Below are positions 55,130-64,000 of a stretch of DNA of 64,000 nt, piece after piece. Position 1 is the first letter of the stretch; each line of letters opens with the position of its first letter. The notes under the pieces were generated by a model. It did no database searches. It was not told where the DNA came from and saw only the letters and a list, made by a program, of their open reading frames with translations. Source of the stretch: Octopus vulgaris (Eukaryota). The translations under genes were made by a program, and so were the position numbers. The stretch is from assembly GCA_951406725.2 (NCBI GenBank), contig OX597815.1, positions 116,684,001-116,748,000 of the forward strand, given 5' to 3'.

Positions 55130-55530
55130 TGTAAATAGTTTTTACAACTATATCATGTTTCAGAGCGAGGTAGTGTCTTGTAGACGTTTTAGGGAGACTG
55201 ATGTCACAACGTGGAAGTTTGATGGCATCTTTGTCACTTTTGTTTGTCAGGCATTTGGTAACTATCTCCTGTTCTTTTAGGTGGGATGTAATGCAACTAT
55301 TGCAGGACCAGGTGCGGCTATTATGCATGTAAATGCTGCTGTTATTTTTTAACTTGTAAGATATGTACCTATCCACTAATTTTTTACTGATACGAAGAGT
55401 GCTTCTTCTCCAAGCTTTGATGAGACGGGTCAGTTCAGTTTCTTTTGGGTTAAGATGTATACTTGTACACTCAGAGTACCTGCTCTGGAGTTCTTCCCTC
55501 TCTTTGAAGATGTTCTTATGAGTAAGCGTA
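55130..55530 (-). pseudogene. Degenerate R4/Dong-like fragment
   Basis: ITSHLK..QEIVTKCL..K.DKD, RHYLALKHDIVVKTIYN (RHD motif). Confidence 0.55.
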
Positions 55531-57124
55531 TAATATACTGCATACATGCATGCATACATATATGGATGGATGGATGTTTAAACACATTTCTATACACATT
55601 CATAAACACATTCATATACAGCCATTTGTTCTGTAAAAACGACTGCTAGGAAATACAATGTAATATTTTAAAACAACAGGTTTCTCCCCATGTGGTACTT
55701 TGTAAAGCAAGCGTGTGTATTTTACAAGAGCAGAAGGTTTTGTTTCTTAAACTTGGTTTGAATACATATTTCTCATGCGCGGAATTACACACACACACAC
55801 ATACTTGTATGTCTGTGTGTATATTTATATCACTAGCAGAAAAGTATGTTTAACTTCGCATCGCTCACAAACATTGTTTTAAATTATAATACAATCGCGA
55901 TGATGTTATTTTGTTTCGGGTATTTTTATTCTTTTTTTCCCCCCTTATATGTAAACAGACTTGTTAAATGCCACACGCACACATGTTGTCTTTCCGATTT
56001 CTGTTCTATTTATACTTTGGCTTTTGTTATTTGTTTATGTACATGCTATTCTAAAATAGCACCAATACCGTTCTTTACAAAAGGATTACAGTTAAATTAT
56101 AATTTCTCTCCCAATAATAAGTGACAAGTTCAGAAGTTAAGTGTAAAGAGAAAGAAAAGGCACAATGTTACTAAAAATATACAATATACAAGTAGCTGTA
56201 GTGTAAATAAAAAGGGCGGGAGAGATTGTCTCCAACATAATTTTAATTATAGTATTAAAAAAATGTCTGGGAAGAATTTTGAAGTTGATTTGGACGTAAA
56301 ATAAACTCCTGAGAAAATAACTATTTCAGAATGCAGCATTATTTTCTGGCAGATACGGATTCTTTACATAACTTTTTACTTCAGTTTTTGATTTTTTTTT
56401 TCATGCTTTATTTGAAGGCCTCACTGGAGACCTTACTATCCCCTATGAACATGTCTGTCTAGCAATTATTCTAAGTCAAAACTCAGCCTTATATCATTAG
56501 AAATTTGCTTGTAACATGCACTAGCTTTTCGTTGATTCCAATTTCTTTTTTGTTAATTAAATTAGAATAAGATTTATTTTTCAAATACTATATTTATTTA
56601 ATGCCACTAATCTATAAATAATAGGTTGATGAAATAAAGAGCATAACCAAGGCCACCTGAATATATCGGCAACTTGCTCAGTCACTTTGGATGTGACGTA
56701 ATATTTGTGGTCATCGTAATTCAAAAGAAAAATGTGAAAATAATAAACTAAATAATCACTTTATTCCTCGTTTAAAGAAATGTAACACTCAATTTATTCC
56801 GACATTCGTAGTTATTAAACCTCACGATAATTTTTAAAATTATACTTTTAAGCGCGCTGAAATTCAGTTGGGCCGGAATGCTAGATATAGTCATCGTCAT
56901 GCATCTTACGCATGCAATCGCTTTGACATTATAACCTACTTATTTACTACCCACAAGGGGCTAAACACAGAGGACAAACAAGGACAGACAAACGGATTAA
57001 GTCGATTACATCGACCCCAGTGCGTAGCTGGTACTTAATTTATCGACCCCGAAAGGATGAAAGGCAAAGTCGACCAGAACGTAACGGCAGACGAAATACC
57101 GCTAAGCATTTCGAAGTCTTCCCG

Positions 57125-57550
57125 ATTAAGCGCGAGTTCTCCAGCCGCCTTGCCACTCTTGTCCAACCAGCTCTTGGTATTGTCCGTCCATTGCGTTCTT
57201 TGCCTTCCTCTTAATCTACTACCCTCGACTCTTCCTTCCCTGATAATGTTTTCCAAACCTCTGCTTCTTCGAATATAGCCTCAATAGTTTTTGCTCACTT
57301 TTACAAATTGTCATCTTTCACTTACTTGTAACATCCATTCATTTGTCTGATGATCCTTACTAGAGACTTGTAACATTCTCCTTATACACCCACATTTCAA
57401 ACGCATTGATTATGTTCTCTTCAAATTCGTTCAGAGTGCACGCTTCGCAACCATAAATGCCTACAGGCCAAATAAGCACTTCCACTAGCCTTGTTTTTAA
57501 CTTAGATGGGACACTGCCGCTCCAGATATTAATAAGCTTTTCCATGGATA
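57125..57550 (-). pseudogene. RTE-clade LINE 3' end
   Basis: KLKTRLVEVLIWPVGIYGCEACTL...INAFEMWVY and IIREGRVEGSRLRGRQRTQWTDN; adjoins a family B SINE at ~56940-57110. Confidence 0.8.
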
Positions 57551-58589
57551 TTCGTTTTACATGTTACTTCCTCAGAGGTTTGGGTTCCAAAATACTTATA
57601 CAATCCAATCTATTCGAGCCTCTCACTACCCAGTTTGATGTTAACATTTACTTTCTCTTTTACTTCTACCAATCAGTTGGTTATGTTATGCACATAATAT
57701 ATAAATTGCTGCAGTCAGTCACGTATACAAGATATATTTTCCGTGGTTGTTATTTCATGATACAACTGAAGTCCTATGATGAGCGACGGATCGTGCCATC
57801 TGATAGTCTTGTAATGTAATAAATCTTGTTTGTATTTGCTGTAATTCATCAAGCAGTTCAGCTTTTCCAGCTTTCATTGAGTCTATTTTTGAAGACTTTT
57901 GGGATGATTTTGGAGTAGTGATGAAAATGAGGAGGGGTATGCAGAGGGACGGCTTTCCCCTACTTTTCAAATCAGAAATGGGTGGCTTATAGTGATTTGT
58001 CCCACTTCTCCAATATCAGCTTTCCCAACCTCAGGTTACCTTTAATTCCTAATACCCATCTCCACCTAAATCTGCATTTTTAAAAGCTTCGTTATTGTTT
58101 GGTTGGTTTGGTTTGATGTATCTTGTATTGGTATTCGTTCAGTTGACTCATTTGGTGTCTTCTGTAACTCAAGCTTACTAAATGGATATTGGGAAGTTGA
58201 GTTGTCGTTTTCCAAGAAGGTAATAATTAAGAGAATTGATTCGAGAACTGTACTGTTCAATGATTGTAACAGGTCGTAGTTGTTGAGAACTCTGGTGGTT
58301 CGTACGGGCAAATATTTCAGCAGGAATCTTTTTTTGATGTATGGGAGTCATTCCATTTCAATCATCTACTCGAATTACGTCTTGATTTAATAGTTATGCT
58401 TCGATTTAATGACCAGCAGGTCTCGCTTTTAATTTTTTTTTTTTAGGGGGATAAAATTTAGTTTCATTTTAAATTCATGCATTATCACCTATAGTGTAAT
58501 CATTCAGCAATTTTTGTAAGTCGGTTATGGAGAACCTCCTTATGGACAAATTATAGTCTATTGCCAAGTGTTATGTGAAAGACATTTGA

Positions 58590-58802
58590 AGCGTTAGCAC
58601 GCTGAGGGAAATGCTTCGTGGTATTTCGTCTGCGTTACGTTGTGAGTTCAAATTCCGCCGAGGTCGACTTTGCCTTTCATCCTTTCGGGGTCAATAAATT
58701 AAGTACCAGTTACGCACTGGGGTCGATGTAATCGACTTAATACCTATGTCTGTCCTTGTTTGTCCCCTCTGTGTTTAGCCCCTTGTGGGTAATAAAGAAA
58801 TA
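58590..58802 (+). mobile_element. SINE family B
   Basis: Match to other family B copies, CpGs intact. Confidence 0.85.
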
Positions 58803-60424
58803 GGTATTGGAGTGAAGTATCGTTTTGGCCGACCAAAACAAGCGTTGTTTGTGAGAACTTGATACATCCGTCAGGTGTATTTCGATATCAGAGAATGGTG
58901 CATTGAAACAAACCAGTGTTCAAGTTTTTGTTTTATGTTGTATGTCAGTGGGATTACGTCCCAGTTCTTCGAAATATTCCTGTGTTAAAATGACAGCAAA
59001 ACTCGGGATCTTCATCCAAATCTGATTCACCTCTAATGACAAAAGTAATAAATACAACCAGAGGCTAATCTGCAGAAATGAATGTTTACTCGACAACAGG
59101 TTAGTTGGTATACCGGTTTACAATAATAGTCGATACCTTTGTCGTGGAAATAATAAGCATAGATGCACTAAAATGGATATGAAAATAATGGTATTGGTAG
59201 TGTATTTGGTTGCAATCCGACTACATTAGTTGCATCCGTTACGAGTGGTGGTGAAAGTAGAAATTATTCTTAAATATCTACATATCTATCTAAATATAGC
59301 TCTTTCTGCTTTTGCCATAATTAAGGTGACACCTTGATAAACAACAGAAAAAGTGTGAAGGGAGAAGTTATTACTAGCGATCTTTGCAGAATATGGCACC
59401 GCGGCAAATAGCACTCCTTCCTGACTGATGTAGTCAAGCAATGTTCGCTTACCTTAAAGAGTCACGTGATTTATCTAAACACCAATTCATGTATGTCTCT
59501 TCACACGTGCAGAGATTACAGCGTTTTGTTATGATATCAGCTAAAAAGTAGTCACATAACTAATCTTCTTTTCTTGCCGCTAAAATTATTTACTTTTGCT
59601 CGTCTGAGCCTACCGTAAAGTTATGTTTTTAAAATAGTTTTTCTCACCTGGAATGGCAGTTGCAGACAATAAGCTGACATTTGCGACCATGTAAAAAAAA
59701 CTCGGGTATCAGTGACTGACAGAGGAACATATAAGAACTGCATGAACTGTTTCTTCCTTCCTAAACCAAGTCGTATTCTTATAAAAATATTTCCGCAGCT
59801 CCTTTTTATTTCTTTATTCTGACATACAAACACACACTGGTTTCATATTTGTGACAAACGTTAATTTGGACTGTTGTTTCTAGCAAAAGAGTTGTTTAAT
59901 CCACACTCTCACTAAAACCGCTTCAGAATCAAACAACAAATATTGTGCTGTTATTTTTAACAAGACAAAACCGCCTTATTTATCATCTATCTCTGGAGAA
60001 TTTTCTTCAGTGAGGAATTTTCATACGTTTAGCGTCACTAATATTATTTTAGTTAGAAATTCGCCTCCTGTAGACTACGTTACTAAATGTCCTTTCTAAC
60101 AAAAAGAAAATAAACACCAGTACGAGCTGGTTTTTAACAGGAAATTTAACGTTTTCCTATTTAGCTGAATATTATTGACTAGTGTTTCCAGTAGGAATAT
60201 TTTTTACAAGTCATTTAGTCATTTTTAAAGTTGATATGTATTTTGGTTTCTGTTTTAGCAGAGGATTTTGGCGTATCTGTTGCTAAACTTGATATTGTGA
60301 CAAACTGACATTTCTGCTACCATAAATAATTATTGTTTTGACGAATTTTGTAAAAGTTTTACAAACAATGTCCAGTAAATTCCTTTTATTAGCACTCATT
60401 TATAAAACATGTTTAAATAACCAT

Positions 60425-60489
<65 letters not shown>

Positions 60490-60492
<3 letters not shown>

Positions 60493-60820
60493 TTTAAGAG
60501 ACAGAATCACCCTCAAGCAACTCAATCATCATTGAACGACATTATCCACGATAGGTACATATAGGACTAAATATTAAAATTATCAAAATTAATACCTTCA
60601 ATTGTTATTCTAAATCATATACTTTACATTATATAGACTACGCGCATTTCATGACAACATATTCCTCGATATTGCTGAAGTAGAAGGTCTCAAATACAAT
60701 ACCATATTAAAACGATTATATTGCCAATCTTCAGGTCTAGATTATATGAACTTATTATATAATTAGAAGTTGTCGGAATAGCAATTGAGTTGTTTGATGG
60801 TGATTCTGTCTCTTAAACTT
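60490..60820. mobile_element. TIR element in (TA)n
   Basis: aggtttaagagacagaatcaccctcaagcaactcaat / attgagttgtttgatggtgattctgtctcttaaactt. Confidence 0.7.
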
Positions 60821-61197
60821 ATATATATATATATATAATACAGTGAGTAATTCATTTTAGTACCACTAAATTGAACTTCTCTCCCTTGTGGACTTGGAAA
60901 TAACTTCCCTAATATTAATATTAAATATATATATAACAGTCTTCCTTGGTAAAGCTATATCTGAATGAATTTAATTTTGGGTTATCTTCTTTGTGAATAA
61001 AATATAATTTGTTGAAATACTCAGTCTCAGGTTTTCTTCCCTTGTTAGTTTGCTCAACTAAATTGTCTAACAGGCGTATGCGTGGCTGTGTGGCAAAACG
61101 CTTACTTCCGAACCACACAGTTCCGCGTTTAGTCTCACTACGTAGCACCTTAGGCAAGTGTCTTCTACAATAGTCTCGGGCCGACCAAAGCCTTGTG

Positions 61198-61734
61198 GGA
61201 AAGACTTTCTCCCCACCACCACCACCAATTTCTCCCAAATTTGTTTACTTTTAAAAGTTTTTTTGCCCAAAAATCCGTTTTTAGATACAGAGGTTCCAGA
61301 AAATGGCCAAAAATCGGCATTGTGAAATCACCCTCACCCAAATTCTTAAATTTTGAATTTTTTCCCCAACACTAACCCTAACCCTAACCCTAAAACCCTA
61401 ACCCTAAAAACCTAACCCTAACTGTAACTACAGAAATGTTTTGAAATTTTTGTCAGAATTGTAATGTCCGTATTTTTCCGCATATTTAGAAAAAAAAATT
61501 CTTTAAAAAAAATTTTTTTAAACATTTTTGGAAATTTTTTCTGAATCATGATCTCTGTATTTTTCCGCCTATTTTTTTTTCTTAAATTCTGAAAAAAGTA
61601 AAAAAAATGAAGGAAATGGGGGTGAGGATGGTAATTTAAAAATGCCGATTTTTGCCAGCCGTAAAAAGGAGTTTGTGTCAAAAAAAAATGTTAAAAAATG
61701 GGTGGTTGAGGGGGTGACGGGCAGAAGTCTTGCC
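61198..61734 (-). mobile_element. Merlin-like MITE with internal telomeric repeats, copy 2, inserted in a family A SINE
   Basis: Perfect 8-bp TSD gccttgtg (61190-97, 61735-42); TIR ggaaagactt / aagtcttgcc; (CCCTAA)-type units at 61372-61421. Confidence 0.85.
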
Positions 61735-63099
61735 GCCTTGTGAGTGTATTTAGTAGACGGAAACTGAACGAAGCACGCCGTATATATGTGTATGTGTGTG
61801 TGCTTGCCTGTCTGACTGTGCACAGCGGGACTGAACCCGAAACCATGTGGTTGCAAATTGAGCTCCTTAACCACACAGCCATGCCTATGTTTATGATTAT
61901 GATTTTATTCAACAGAAAAAGGCACCATATCTTTCACCAGTATCATGTCATAATAATAAATTGTTTTCACTGGGATCTTAGCCGTCACTTTACGCCATTA
62001 CTTTATTGCGTTGGTGTTTTAAAATTGCGCCATTACCACATCGCTTGGGTTTGCCACTGACATATTAGTTAAAGACGGACAAATACTCTAATTTCGGTCG
62101 AACAATGATTGTCTTTCATGTGCATACACACATTTTTTGAGTCCTTTAACTTAAAGCCATTCTTTTTTTTGTTGAAGTGGTTGAAGTGAATCTAACGGTT
62201 TTGTGTGTTTCTTAAATGGCTTATAAACACCTTCCACGCTGCAATTGTTTTCGTTCCAGCACACGATCTCAGATCAAGTCACTCGCTATGCAAGTACATC
62301 TCCGTCATTCTTTTTTTCTAATTCAAGAAAGATCACTGCAATCGCAGAAGGGTTCAATGTGTGTATGTGTGTACCTTAACCTTTTACTCTTTCACTCGTT
62401 TCGTTCATGGGCTGAAGTCATGATCGGCATCGCCTTCAAGGGTTTGGTCGATCGTATCGACTCCAGTATTTATTTTTGAAGTTTGGTTCTTATTTTATCG
62501 AATACAGTTCCTTGAACAACTAAGTTACAGGACATTCTCGTACATGCTATAAGAAGGCACTCTTACATACATGCAAGAGATTTAGATTTTCAGAGTAAAA
62601 CAATGCTTATTTTTAGCAAAGCAAACTATTTTTCTTTATAAAGTTTAATAAATTTTTTTTTATTCTAAGACATCTATCAAATTATCCTATATCAAAGCAT
62701 CAACAAGAACAGAAAGCATGGTAACAAGAAAAAATCAGAATGACAGAATGCAACGCCTAAAATAAATGTGAGAAGTTAGCTAATAATTGTATGTGACAGA
62801 TGTGAATCTAGTTAGCGAAATCAGTAATAAAATACAAAAGTTGTCACATATGTATGTGTGTATGTATGTATGTATGTATGTATGTATGTATGTATGTATG
62901 TATGTATGTATGTATGCATGTATGCATATATGTATGTGTGTGTGTATGCGTGCATGTGTTTGGGTGTGTGTATGTATGTGTGCCTGTTTTTATGCTAAAT
63001 TATAAAAACAATTTTGCATTAAACTGAAGGTTACTCAATATTTTTGTAGAGTACATTTATCTGTCTTTTTCTCTCTCACTCTCTCTTTATTTCTCCCCC

Positions 63100-63133
<34 letters not shown>

Positions 63134-63821
63134 TTGTATACATATATATATGTGTGTGTGTGTGTGCAGGTGGCATGTAAAAAACACCATTTGAGTGTGG
63201 CCATTGCCAGTACCGCCTGACTGGCCCTCGTGCCGCTGGCACATAGAAGCACCCACTCCACTCTCGGAGTGGTTGGCATTAGGAAGGGTATCCAGCTGTA
63301 GGAACTCTGCCTGATCAGGTTGGAGCCTGGTACAGCCATCTGGTTCGCTAGTCCTCAATCAAATCGTCCAACTCATGCTAGTATCGAAAGCGGGCGTTGA
63401 ATGATGATGATGATGATGATGATGATGATATATATACATGTAACGCAAAGCATATGAGTGTGTATGTATACATATATATATCTGTGTGTATGTGTGTGTG
63501 TGTGTATGTGTGTGTGTGTGTGTGTGTGCATATGTGTGTGTGTGTGCATATGTTTACAGTAGAGTGTGAGAAAGTTCCTAGCAAGCCAATTCTCCAATAT
63601 TTGTTTCAACACACAATTTCACATCAGGAATATTGCAAAACAAATACATAAATGTAACTTTTATTATTCTTTAAGAAGAACAATATTGACAGTAACTTCA
63701 AAGTTTCACTCAACTAAGCCATCACTATTCACCCCCAATGATGGTTTAGTCGACAAAATCTTTTAAGTCACTGTCACTATTGATTGGTTTACTGTACATT
63801 TATATTATATTTTATATACAT

Positions 63822-63871
<50 letters not shown>

Positions 63872-64000
63872 GCCATCCACTTGTGACCGAAGAAGACCAT
63901 TGCTGACCTTCAGGAACACTGTGGGCTCTAGGACTAACTTATATTTTGCATTTTTGGCTCCGTTGGTGGCTAATGAGCCCTGCTCTTGACAATCATACAT

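Overview
AT-rich, microsatellite-rich animal genomic DNA, most likely an octopus or related coleoid cephalopod (inferred from the SINE families and (TA)n/(TAA)n/(GAT)n density, not from a search). The only host coding sequence I can support is three + strand exons (21726-21897, 23176-23400, 35016-35200) that splice in frame and encode the region just after the VWA domain of a hemicentin (HMCN1/him-4-like). The flanking exons appear to lie outside the window. The rest is intronic and transposon-derived. Retroelements: tRNA-derived SINEs, Penelope-like elements with inverted pLTRs and degenerate hammerhead ribozyme motifs, and R4/Dong, CRE and RTE fragments. DNA elements: mariner and DD41D elements, a Helitron remnant, and MITEs (Merlin-, Mutator-, piggyBac- and hAT-like). 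Most notable are a Merlin-like MITE family carrying internal TTAGGG telomeric repeats (two copies), a fold-back element built from two 3' ends of a DD41D transposon, a U6 snRNA fragment fused to a retroposon tail, and an abrupt CpG-poor to CpG-normal switch near 38 kb. Almost all ORFs in the supplied track are microsatellite or repeat artefacts. All counts and similarities are by eye, and TE boundaries without a stated TSD are approximate.
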